Assembly: GCA_963842085.1 (NCBI GenBank)
Contig: CAWJET010000001.1
Coordinates: 2,811,103 to 2,875,102 of the forward strand
Direction: 5' to 3'
DNA length: 64,000 bases
Source of the DNA: an uncultured delta proteobacterium
GTDB taxonomy: Bacteria; Desulfobacterota; Binatia; Binatales; Binataceae
The notes below the pieces were generated by a model. That model searched no databases, had not been told where the DNA came from, and saw only the letters and a list, made by a program, of their open reading frames with translations. Positions within the stretch are counted from its first letter, which is position 1. Each line of letters opens with the position of its first letter. Made by a program: the position numbers and the translations under genes. Positions 29,468-37,885 of the stretch are shown here, in pieces.

Positions 29468-30280
29468 TTGGCGATGGACATTCTGGGAGAACATCCGAGC
29501 ATACCGATAGGCGTCGCGTTTCTGATCGCGATTTACCTCGGCGCGTGCCGCGCGGCCGGCCGCAGACCGACGCGGCGTCAGGCGATGTGGTTCGCGTTGG
29601 CGATGGGCGCGATTCTATTCACGCACACTGAGCTCGACGAACTCGCGGACGCGCGAATCTTTTCGATGCACATGCTGCAGCATCTGATGCAGACCCTTGT
29701 GATTCCGCCGCTGCTGCTGATGGGTACGCCGGGCTGGATGCTGAGGCCCTGGCTCCTCAGCCGGCCGCTCAAGCCGATCGCGCGCCTGCTCACGCAACCG
29801 GTGGTGGCGTTCCTGATTTTTTCGGCGGTGTTCGTCAGCGCGCACTTTCCGCCGATCTTCGATCGGATGTGCCGCGACGAGGACTTTCACATTTTCCTGC
29901 ACCTGCTGTTCATGGCCTCCGGCGTGCTGCTATGGTTCCCGATACTGAGTCCGCTGCCCGAGCTGCCGCGGCTCTCGTACCCGGCGCAAATCCTTTACCT
30001 GTTCCTGCTGATGATCCCGATGACTGCGGTGGCCGCGCCGATCACGCTCGCGACCCGCGTGATTTATCCATGGTATACCGAGGGCGCGCACGGATGGGGC
30101 CTCAAGCCGATCGACGACCAGGTGCTGGGCGGGCTGATCATGTGGATCGGGCAGGGCACGTATCTGATGTTCATTTTCACATTCATCTTCTACAAGTGGC
30201 AGCAGCGCGAAGACCGCGACATCCCGGTTCTGCCCGCATCGACGACGCCGGAGCTGCGCGTGCTGCGAGCCCGCTCGTGA
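29468..30280 (+). CDS. ctaG: caa3-type cytochrome oxidase assembly factor CtaG-like membrane protein
   Basis: A 270-aa polytopic protein immediately after coxD. The size, position and conserved His-containing loops are consistent with Caa3_CtaG. Confidence 0.6.
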   Translation: MAMDILGEHPSIPIGVAFLIAIYLGACRAAGRRPTRRQAMWFALAMGAILFTHTELDELADARIFSMHMLQHLMQTLVIPPLLLMGTPGWMLRPWLLSRPLKPIARLLTQPVVAFLIFSAVFVSAHFPPIFDRMCRDEDFHIFLHLLFMASGVLLWFPILSPLPELPRLSYPAQILYLFLLMIPMTAVAAPITLATRVIYPWYTEGAHGWGLKPIDDQVLGGLIMWIGQGTYLMFIFTFIFYKWQQREDRDIPVLPASTTPELRVLRARS

Positions 30281-30357
30281 CGCTTGCCGGGTCCGGATCT
30301 TCTGGGCTACTAGTTGCGTAGTCGCGCGCCTGATTTTGGCCCGCCGGGGCCGGCTGC

Positions 30358-31410
30358 GTGACGAGGAAGATGCAGCATTCGAGGGCGCGGATCATCATCG
30401 ATGGAGCGGTTGCCGGGATCATCGGCGCCCTGGTTGTCGCCCTCTGGTTTCTGATCTTCGACGTAATTCGCGGTCACGCGCTTGAGACGCCGGCCCTGCT
30501 GGCGGCCACGATTCTGCACGGCTCGCACAATTACGAAGTCCTTCACGGGCTGAAGCTGCTGGCGCTGGAATACTCGCTGCTCCACTTCGCCGCCTTCATC
30601 GCGTTCGGCATCGCCGGAGGATTGCTGCTCGAAGCGTGCGAGAGCGAGTCGTCGCTGCTCTTTTCGCTGGCGATCTTTTTCGTCGCCTTCGAAGTTTTCT
30701 TTATCGCGGTCGTGCTGTTCCTGGGGCCGAACGTGATGGCGGAGCTGACCTGGTGGGGTATCATCGTCGGCAACCTGCTCGCCACGGCCGCGATGCTGTC
30801 GTATTTCTTCTGGCGGCATCCTGCCCTCGCGTTCAATCTGCTGGGCGGCTGGATTACGGTCGCGCGCGAAGGCGTGACCGCCGGACTGGTGGGCGGCGTC
30901 GTCGTCGCCATCTGGTTCATGTGCTACGACTTCGCCGCGGGCAATTCGTTTCACACGCCGGCGATTCTTGGTGCGATGGTCTTTGGCAGCGCGAGCGTAA
31001 CCAGTGGCATCCACGCGACGCTGCCGCTGGTGCTCGGCTACTCGATCCTGCATTTCTTTGCGTTCGTCGTGTTCGGGCTGGCGCTGGCGGTTTTGCTTGC
31101 TGCATCGGAATGGGAACCGTTCATGCTCCTCGGCGCGCTGCTGCTGCTTGCAGTGTTCGAGGTATTCTTTGTCGGATTCGTTTCGCTGATCGATGCGTCA
31201 GCGCTCGAAGCCCTGGGATGGTGGAAAATCGTAGCGGGAAACATCCTGGCGCTGATCGCGATGGCGACGTACTTCATCCGCGGCCATCACGGACTCGGTA
31301 TCAAACTGGTTGAGCGATGGGCGATGCTCGACCACGAGGGCGCCGAGATGGGCGATCTGCCGCCCGCGCCGTCCAACCACGAGCCCGACAATCATCCATC
31401 GCATCTTTGA
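30358..31410 (+). CDS. Polytopic membrane protein of unknown function with internal tandem duplication
   Basis: Residues ~15-170 and ~175-330 are clear paralogous repeats (…LHGS/…TSGIHATLPLVLGYSILHFFAFVVFG versus …LHFAAFIAFGIAG…). Each ends with FEVFF(I/V) and a WWGII/WWKIV helix, and there is a His-rich C-terminal tail. Confidence 0.55.
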   Translation: MTRKMQHSRARIIIDGAVAGIIGALVVALWFLIFDVIRGHALETPALLAATILHGSHNYEVLHGLKLLALEYSLLHFAAFIAFGIAGGLLLEACESESSLLFSLAIFFVAFEVFFIAVVLFLGPNVMAELTWWGIIVGNLLATAAMLSYFFWRHPALAFNLLGGWITVAREGVTAGLVGGVVVAIWFMCYDFAAGNSFHTPAILGAMVFGSASVTSGIHATLPLVLGYSILHFFAFVVFGLALAVLLAASEWEPFMLLGALLLLAVFEVFFVGFVSLIDASALEALGWWKIVAGNILALIAMATYFIRGHHGLGIKLVERWAMLDHEGAEMGDLPPAPSNHEPDNHPSHL

Positions 31411-31417
31411 GAGCCGG

Positions 31418-32215
31418 TTAAATTCCAAGCACGTCGCGCATCGTGTAGAGCCCCGGCTTGCGGCTTACCAGCCAGCCTGCCGCACGCAGCGCGCCGCGTG
31501 CGAGCGAGTCGCGGCTCTGCGCGCGATGAATCAGCTCGAGGCGCTCGCCCTGACCGCCGAAAATCACGGTGTGATCGCCGACCGCGTCGCCCGCGCGCAT
31601 CGCGAGCACCGCAATCTTGCCGTCGGGCCTGATGCCCGTGATTCCTTCGCGGCCGTAGACCGCGTTGGAGGCGAACTCCACGCCGCGTGCCGACGCGATC
31701 GCCTTGCCGAGCGACAGCGCGGTGCCGCTGGGCGCGTCGATCTTGGTGCGATGATGAATCTCGAGGACTTCGGCGTCGAAGTCGGGAAGGATCGCGGCGA
31801 CTTCGGCGACGATCTTGGCAAGCACGTTGACTCCGATGCTCATGTTGGGCGCGATCACGGTGCGCGTCTTCTGCGCCAGTTCGCGCGCGCGGGTTTCCAT
31901 CGCGGGTGTAAAGCCGGTCGAGCCGATCACGATCGCGGCTCCGGCTTTCGACGCAATTTCGAGATGCTCCAACGAGGCGGCGGCGTTCGTGAAGTCCAGC
32001 GTGACAGTGTCGGGCTTTGCGAGCGACGCGTAGTCGTCGGTGATTTTCACACCGAGCGTGCCCACGCCGGCGAGCTCGCCGGCGTCGGCTCCGATCGCGC
32101 CGATGCCGTGCGCTTCGAGCGCGCCGACTATTTTATGCGCCGGCTCGCGCGACGCGAGCGCGACCAGCAGCCGGCCCATCCGGCCCGCTGCTCCAGCCAC
32201 GATTAGATTAGCCAT
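31418..32215 (-). CDS. dapB: 4-hydroxy-tetrahydrodipicolinate reductase
   Basis: An N-terminal Rossmann motif VAGAAGRMG and the DapB core (EVLEIHHRTKIDAPSGTAL). Confidence 0.9.
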   Translation of the reverse strand: MANLIVAGAAGRMGRLLVALASREPAHKIVGALEAHGIGAIGADAGELAGVGTLGVKITDDYASLAKPDTVTLDFTNAAASLEHLEIASKAGAAIVIGSTGFTPAMETRARELAQKTRTVIAPNMSIGVNVLAKIVAEVAAILPDFDAEVLEIHHRTKIDAPSGTALSLGKAIASARGVEFASNAVYGREGITGIRPDGKIAVLAMRAGDAVGDHTVIFGGQGERLELIHRAQSRDSLARGALRAAGWLVSRKPGLYTMRDVLGI

Positions 32216-32268
32216 CGCAATTCACTCTGCCCGCGTTACGCGGGCGCGATGCGGACGCTATTGCTGTA

Positions 32269-32535
32269 TCAGGAAGCCGGAGCCTCGGCCGCCGCCGCTT
32301 CAGCCGCGGGCGCTGCCGCCGCTTCTGCCGCCTTGCCGTGCTTGGCCTTGAAGTGTTCGTCGCACAGGCTCGAGGTGCCGTGGCGATGCTTGCGGCATTT
32401 CTCGAAGGTGCACGTTTTGTAGCGCGCCTTGGGCATCTCGCCGGCTTTCCAAAGCCGAAAATGCTGTCGGCAGTAACCCTTGCCGACCGCCTCGCGCGCG
32501 CAATCTTTCGCTTTGCAGTTTCCCTTGTTCGCCAT
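32269..32535 (-). CDS. Small Cys/His-rich protein with duplicated C-x4-C-x9-C-x2-H-F zinc-ribbon-like motif and Ala-rich tail
   Basis: Two tandem units (NCKAKDCAREAVGKGYCRQHF and TCTFEKCRKHRHGTSSLCDEHF) are followed by AAEAAAAPAAEAAAAEAPAS. The start was trimmed to MANKGN. Confidence 0.45.
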   Translation of the reverse strand: MANKGNCKAKDCAREAVGKGYCRQHFRLWKAGEMPKARYKTCTFEKCRKHRHGTSSLCDEHFKAKHGKAAEAAAAPAAEAAAAEAPAS

Positions 32536-32623
32536 GAATCCCTTCTTGGAAGCCGCTTCCCGACGCAAGCGCCGAAAATCGCGGCCGAGCAATTCATCTA
32601 CAATAGTGTGTGCCGCCGGTGCT

Positions 32624-33781
32624 TCATAGAGGGTGGGAATCAATCATTCGCAGTGAAAGTGCCAACGCTGCCATTGCGAGCGTGGCTGTCAGCGCGACCT
32701 CCATGCTTGCGCGCGGGCTTACGTCGGCGATCGCATGGCCCATTATCCAGGGCGCGACGATCCCGCCGAGCGCGCCGCCCGCCACTACGATCGCAGTCAT
32801 CCTGCCGACCTCGGCCGGGAAGCTGGCGGCGCCAATCGCGATCATGTTGGGGAAGACGGGGCCGTAGCCGAAGCCGATCAGAAACACAGCCGATGCCGCA
32901 AGGCCGCCGGCCGTGGGCGCCGCGATCAACATCACCAGCGCAGCGGAAGATAGCATAGAAGCCAGCATCGTGAATTGCGGCAATGCGATGCGATGCCCCA
33001 ATCGTCCGCCAAACGCCCGCCCGCACACCAATCCCAGCCAATAGAGCGAGACGCCCGACGACGCGAGCATCGGGCCGAGCGCGCCCGCCGTGCGCAAGTA
33101 GAGAAAGAGCCACGCGCCAATCCCGATTTCGGCGCCGACGTACAGGAACATCACTGCGCTGATCGCCCAAATCAGCGGTCGCGATAGCATCTTCAGAAAT
33201 CCGTGGCCGATGACCGGCGCCGTTCGGACTTCGATTGCTGCGCTAAGGCCTAAGCGAAACGCGATTGCGGCACACATGATCGCGCCGCCGCCGAACACCC
33301 ACCAGTACGGCACCCGGGCTGCGAAGGCGGCGCTGACCATCAGCGGCCCGAGCAGCGCGCCGACGCCGAACAGCACGTGCAGGTAGTTGAGCGCGGAGGC
33401 GAGCCGCTCGCGATTCAGCTCTACGATGAGCGCATTGGCGCCGATGTCGATGCCGCCATTGGCGACGCCGATCACAAATCCGGCCGATAGCAGTCCAGTA
33501 AGGCCACGAGCCACTGCGAGCCTCGTCAGCCCGGCCGTGAACAGCGCCATCGCACCGACGAGGATCTTCTGCGCGCTCATTTGTTGATTGATCTCGCCGG
33601 CGATCAGCACCGATATGAAATAACCGGCCGACGCGGCGCTGACGATCAATCCGGCGCGCTCGATCGGCAGATGCGTGGTACGAGAAATCTGGGGGATAAA
33701 GGGGCCGAGCCAGCCACTATTGATGCCCACCATCAGCAGGCACGAATACGCCAGCCGGGTGATCGTTCGCTCGCGGCTCAT
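32624..33781 (-). CDS. MFS transporter
   Basis: Twelve predicted TM helices with MFS-like loop motifs. The Arg-rich 150-aa N-terminal extension in the ORF track was removed. Confidence 0.8.
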   Translation of the reverse strand: MSRERTITRLAYSCLLMVGINSGWLGPFIPQISRTTHLPIERAGLIVSAASAGYFISVLIAGEINQQMSAQKILVGAMALFTAGLTRLAVARGLTGLLSAGFVIGVANGGIDIGANALIVELNRERLASALNYLHVLFGVGALLGPLMVSAAFAARVPYWWVFGGGAIMCAAIAFRLGLSAAIEVRTAPVIGHGFLKMLSRPLIWAISAVMFLYVGAEIGIGAWLFLYLRTAGALGPMLASSGVSLYWLGLVCGRAFGGRLGHRIALPQFTMLASMLSSAALVMLIAAPTAGGLAASAVFLIGFGYGPVFPNMIAIGAASFPAEVGRMTAIVVAGGALGGIVAPWIMGHAIADVSPRASMEVALTATLAMAALALSLRMIDSHPL

Positions 33782-33816
33782 CAACCGGCCGCCATCCAAT
33801 GTCCCGACGTGCAACG

Positions 33817-34440
33817 TCACGACGCGACCGAGCGGAGCACGCGGTAGAGCGGTTCGAGCTCGCGAAACGCGTCGAGTACTTCGGCGCGATCGACGGTCAG
33901 CGCGTCGCGCACAGGCCATCCGAAGCCGACGTCGATGCCGCCGGTCTTTTTCTCGAGCGCGTCCCCGAGTCCGTCGAAGAAATCGGCGCCGGCCGCACGC
34001 GAGCTCGGCAATTCGCGACAGTCCCAGTTTTGGTACTGTTGAATCTTTGTGCCGCGAAAAGATTTTTCCAGCTCCACTGACTTCGACTTGATCAGCCGCC
34101 CCATCTGGGACCGCTGGTCGGCGTCGGATTTCACGATCGCGCGCGCGTGGATGCCCACGCCGGAGATGCATAGCGCGAGATATCCGTAGCGCTTGTATCC
34201 GGCGCGCGACGGCCCGAACGCCGCCCACGTCTCATCGGGAGCATTCGCGGTGATGCGCATATGCTTGGCGACATGCGGAAAGAACTCCATGCGCAGTGTT
34301 CGCGACAGTTCCGGCGCCAGTTCGATCCCGAGCCGCATCAGGCGCGGCCTGATGTGCTCGTCGATCTTCGCCATGCGAGCGTTGAAACCTTCGATCGCGA
34401 ACACGTCGAAATCGCGGCGCGAAAACCCCAGCGTCGCCAT
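33817..34440 (-). CDS. DUF1054 (YktB/UPF0637) family protein
   Basis: The N-terminus FSRRDFDVFAIEGFNARMAKIDEHIRPRLMRLG matches the YktB family signature. Confidence 0.6.
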   Translation of the reverse strand: MATLGFSRRDFDVFAIEGFNARMAKIDEHIRPRLMRLGIELAPELSRTLRMEFFPHVAKHMRITANAPDETWAAFGPSRAGYKRYGYLALCISGVGIHARAIVKSDADQRSQMGRLIKSKSVELEKSFRGTKIQQYQNWDCRELPSSRAAGADFFDGLGDALEKKTGGIDVGFGWPVRDALTVDRAEVLDAFRELEPLYRVLRSVAS

Positions 34441-34456
34441 CAAGCTGACTCCGGAC

Positions 34457-34909
34457 TCACTTCGCGACTCGGTTGCGCTCGCGCTCCTGAAAGGCCTTCT
34501 CCCAGTTGCGCCCGTCGAAATGGGTGTGCTCGAGCTTGCTGGCATTCACACCTTCGAGGCATCGCACGTTGACGTCGAACGCGTCGGGATCGGAGCGTGG
34601 GATGTAGAATGGTGCGACGCCGCAATTCGGACAGAAGAGATGCCGGGCGGTTTTCGTATTGAACGCGTACGACGCGATATCGTCGGACTTCGTCAGCAGC
34701 CGGAACGCGCTGCGCGGAACGATCCAGTGCACGTAGCCCTTCTTCGTGCAGATCGAGCAGTTGCATTCCGAGACGCGGTCGAGCGCGCCCCTCACCTCGA
34801 AGCGGATGCGCCCGCAATGGCATCCGCCGCGGTAGGTCCGTTCGAACGGTTTCTTCTTCTCGGGCTCTTTTCTTGCGGGCAGTTTCTTTGCGGTCGCTTT
34901 TTTCTTCAT
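34457..34909 (-). CDS. GFA-family protein (glutathione-dependent formaldehyde-activating / CENP-V-like zinc domain)
   Basis: Cysteine arrangement CHCGRIRFE...CNCSIC...FCPNCG, preceded by a Lys-rich N-terminal tail. Confidence 0.8.
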   Translation of the reverse strand: MKKKATAKKLPARKEPEKKKPFERTYRGGCHCGRIRFEVRGALDRVSECNCSICTKKGYVHWIVPRSAFRLLTKSDDIASYAFNTKTARHLFCPNCGVAPFYIPRSDPDAFDVNVRCLEGVNASKLEHTHFDGRNWEKAFQERERNRVAK

Positions 34910-35021
34910 AGACGCTTTGTTTAGTCGAACGCCTTTGGCAAGGAAACGGGCGAGCGTGAGAGCGTTGGACCATTGAGATTTGCCGATGACGATTGCGCGA
35001 TGCGCGTGTTACAATCACTTG

Positions 35022-36008
35022 ATGGCCGCGACGTCAGAATCAGTCTCCAGTCCGCCCTTCGATGCGACGCTTGCGCGTCACGGGATTCGCGGGCTCACCC
35101 GCAAATCGCCCACGACCATCCAGGTAAACGTCGGCAAGTTGTGCAACCAGGCGTGCCATCATTGCCACGTCGACGCGGGCCCGCGGCGGACCGAACGGAT
35201 GACGCGAGCGACGGCGGAGCGCGTGCTCGAAGTGCTCGCGGCAAGTCCGCGGATCGAGGCGCTCGATATCACCGGCGGTGCGCCGGAGCTGAACCCGAAC
35301 TTTGCGATGCTGGTTGAGCGGGCGCGCGCGCTCGGCCGCAGGGTGATCGTTCGATGCAATCTGACGGTGACGCAGGAACCCGGGATGGAATGGCTGGTGG
35401 AATTCTACCGGCGCTCGGGCGTTGAGCTGGTTTGTTCGCTCCCGTGCTACACGGCCGCGAACACTGATCGTCAGCGCGGCGCGGGAGTGTTCGACAAAAG
35501 CATCGCGGCGTTGCGGCAACTGAATAGCGCAGGATTCGGGCGCGGCGAGCTGCGGCTGGATCTCGTGTACAACCCGATTGGAGCGTCGCTGCCGCCGCCG
35601 CAGGCGGAGCTCGAGGCGCAGTATCGCGACGAACTCGGGCGCAATTTCGGGATCATGTTCGATCGCCTGCTGACGATCACGAACATGCCGATCGCGCGCT
35701 TCGCCAACCAGTTGAGCGCCACCGGCAGCCATTCGGCGTACATGAGCCTGCTGGTGAATCACTTCAACCGGGCGACCGTGGACGCTCTGATGTGCCGCGA
35801 CCTGGTGAGCGTCGGATGGAACGGGCGGCTCTACGACTGCGACTTCAACCAGATGCTGGAAATCCCGCTCGGCGCCAGCGCCGCACAGACAATCTGGGAC
35901 ATCGACGACATCGGCGGACTCGCCGGCGCGCGCATCGCGACCGGCTCGCATTGCTTCGGATGCACCGCGGGCGCCGGCTCGAGCTGCGGCGGCGCGATCG
36001 CCATGTGA
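35022..36008 (+). CDS. Radical SAM/Cys-rich domain protein (ArsS-like, TIGR04167-type)
   Basis: A CNQACHHCHV radical-SAM cluster motif near the N-terminus and a C-terminal Cys-rich tail (GSHCFGCTAGAGSSCGGA). Confidence 0.75.
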   Translation: MAATSESVSSPPFDATLARHGIRGLTRKSPTTIQVNVGKLCNQACHHCHVDAGPRRTERMTRATAERVLEVLAASPRIEALDITGGAPELNPNFAMLVERARALGRRVIVRCNLTVTQEPGMEWLVEFYRRSGVELVCSLPCYTAANTDRQRGAGVFDKSIAALRQLNSAGFGRGELRLDLVYNPIGASLPPPQAELEAQYRDELGRNFGIMFDRLLTITNMPIARFANQLSATGSHSAYMSLLVNHFNRATVDALMCRDLVSVGWNGRLYDCDFNQMLEIPLGASAAQTIWDIDDIGGLAGARIATGSHCFGCTAGAGSSCGGAIAM

Positions 36009-36057
36009 AACCCGAGGTGGTTTCACACTTCCTTCGGCAGGGGTGACCCCTGCCCCC
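36005..36057. repeat. REP-like intergenic element, family 1, copy 2
   Basis: GTGAAACCCGAGGTGGTTTCACACTTCCTTCGGCAGGGGTGACCCCTGCCCCC forms two adjacent hairpins and overlaps the rSAM stop codon. Confidence 0.45.
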
Positions 36058-36148
36058 AGTGAAAAGAAAAGATGAGGGACTTCGTCCGTGTCAGAACTAT
36101 TTAGCGGAGAGCGCGAGATTTTTTCTCCTCGATTGTTCCCGCGCGGTG

Positions 36149-37372
36149 TTAGAAGGTCATCGGCAGAGACTGCAGGCCGCGCAGACTCATCGCGGGCCGC
36201 CATTTCGGGTTCGGGTCGGCGAGCGCCAGCTTGGGCATCCGGCGAAGAATCGTTTCGAATGCGATGCGCCCTTCCGCTTTTGCGAGCACTTCGCCGATGC
36301 ATCGATGGGGTCCGGCGGCGAATGACAGGTGATAGTTGTCGGGACGCGTGATGTCGAGCTTGTCAGGTTCCGGAAATCGCTCCGGGTCGCGATTGGCAGC
36401 GCCCAGGAACACGACCACGTGCTCGCCGCGCGGAATCGTCCTGCCAGCGAGTTCGATGTCTTCGCTGGCGGTGCGGAAAGTCACCTGCACCGGGCTGTCG
36501 AAACGCAGGAACTCATCGAGCGCGGACTCGATTAGTGACGGGTCGGATCTCAGGCGCGCTAAAGCGTCGGGATTGCGGAACAGCGCCAGCATCCCGTTGC
36601 CGATCATGTTCATCGTGGTTTCGTGGCCGGCCAGCAGCGTGAACATCGCGCTGAACACTAGTTCCTCCTCGGTCTTTAGTTCGCCGCGGCCTTCGGCGGC
36701 CACCATGATGCTGATCAAATCCTCGCGCGGATGCTTGCGGCGGTCGGCGGCCAGATCCGTGAAATAGCGGCGCACATCCGCGATCGCCTGGCGCACTTCC
36801 ACGCCCGGGTCGTTCGCACTGATAACGGGGTCGAGCGGCACGCCGAGCGTGCGCATCCAGTCGCGAAACATCGGCTTGTCCGCGTCAGTGGCGCCCATCA
36901 CCTCGGCGAGCACGTCGATCGGAAATGGAAACGCGACGTCCTTGATCAAATCCATCGAGCCGCGCGCCTGGACCGCGTCGAGCAGGTAATCGACGATGTT
37001 CTGAATCCGGGGCTGCAGTCCGTCCACGACGGGCGGCGAAAAAAAAGTGTTCATCAGCTTGCGCAGACGCGTGTGGTCGGGAGGATTGCGAAAAACGATC
37101 GCATGCTGCAGCGCCTCGCGCATCGACTTGAGGCCGTCGTCGGGCGGGAAGGCGTCGAGCGCGTTGAGATCGAAGGCGAGGAAGCGCTTGTCGCGCAGAA
37201 CGTCGAGGCAGTTGTCGTAGCGCGTAGAAAGCCAGAATCCAATCGGGGTCCGCAGGAGAGGGTGGCGCGTGCGCAGGAATCTGTAGAGCGGATAAGGATT
37301 GGCCGAGAAGAGACGGCCGTACATCCGGCTGGCAACGCGGCTAACGCGGGCAAAGGTAGTCGAGGAGGCCAT
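36149..37372 (-). CDS. Cytochrome P450
   Basis: The heme-binding loop FSAGPHRCIG, ExxR and the rest of the P450 fold; 407 aa. Confidence 0.9.
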   Translation of the reverse strand: MASSTTFARVSRVASRMYGRLFSANPYPLYRFLRTRHPLLRTPIGFWLSTRYDNCLDVLRDKRFLAFDLNALDAFPPDDGLKSMREALQHAIVFRNPPDHTRLRKLMNTFFSPPVVDGLQPRIQNIVDYLLDAVQARGSMDLIKDVAFPFPIDVLAEVMGATDADKPMFRDWMRTLGVPLDPVISANDPGVEVRQAIADVRRYFTDLAADRRKHPREDLISIMVAAEGRGELKTEEELVFSAMFTLLAGHETTMNMIGNGMLALFRNPDALARLRSDPSLIESALDEFLRFDSPVQVTFRTASEDIELAGRTIPRGEHVVVFLGAANRDPERFPEPDKLDITRPDNYHLSFAAGPHRCIGEVLAKAEGRIAFETILRRMPKLALADPNPKWRPAMSLRGLQSLPMTF

Positions 37373-37885
37373 TAGTTATGCGTCCGGCAGTATATTTGCA
37401 CGCGCTATTGATTGGAACTGCGGTAGATTCCGGTGGGTGGATCGGGCGGGGAAAGGGCATTTTATACCACCTGTTGTGGTTCACTGAAAGGCCAACCACC
37501 ATCGGTAGCTTCGTTCCGTCAAAATTAATATTTCTGAAGCGGAAGTTGCCTGATGGTGAAGCATGGGCAGCGGCGAGGAAGTTTTCGTGAGAGTGGCGTC
37601 CATACGCATTGATAGCACGTCGGGCGCGGCGCGGTCAGGCTGAATAGTTCATCGCTGAACTGGGGGGGCTCACAGGGGGAAGAGAAGATGCGGATTCTCT
37701 GCCGCTCAGCTTGAACACGGCTGGTTACCCGAAGCTCAATCGCGCGGCACAGTTGTCTCTCACGCTATCCCTCTCCCAACGAACGGGCGAGAGAACCGGA
37801 CGGCAGCGGCCAGCCAGTTCCGACTTGGTAGCGATCTGGATTGCGTGGTATGGGGTGAGTCGAAACGCGATACGAGGAGATAGAT

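Noticed and set aside
33782-34228. 150-aa N-terminal extension of the MFS transporter ORF (similar extensions on the RR 59441-59593, MFP 56029-56181, rSAM, AhpD, enoyl-CoA hydratase and MntA ORFs)
   Set aside because: The extensions are Arg-rich, overlap the upstream gene, and precede a Met that begins the recognisable domain. The ORF track appears to report the longest stop-to-start ORF.
37373-37885. Structured ncRNA (tmRNA, RNase P, SRP, riboswitch) in long intergenic regions (also 40120-40711 and 13724-14099)
   Set aside because: I looked for hallmark strings (tmRNA tag ORF and T-arm, RNase P GGAAAGUCCGG, the SRP domain IV motif) and did not see them. Without a covariance-model search nothing can be called.
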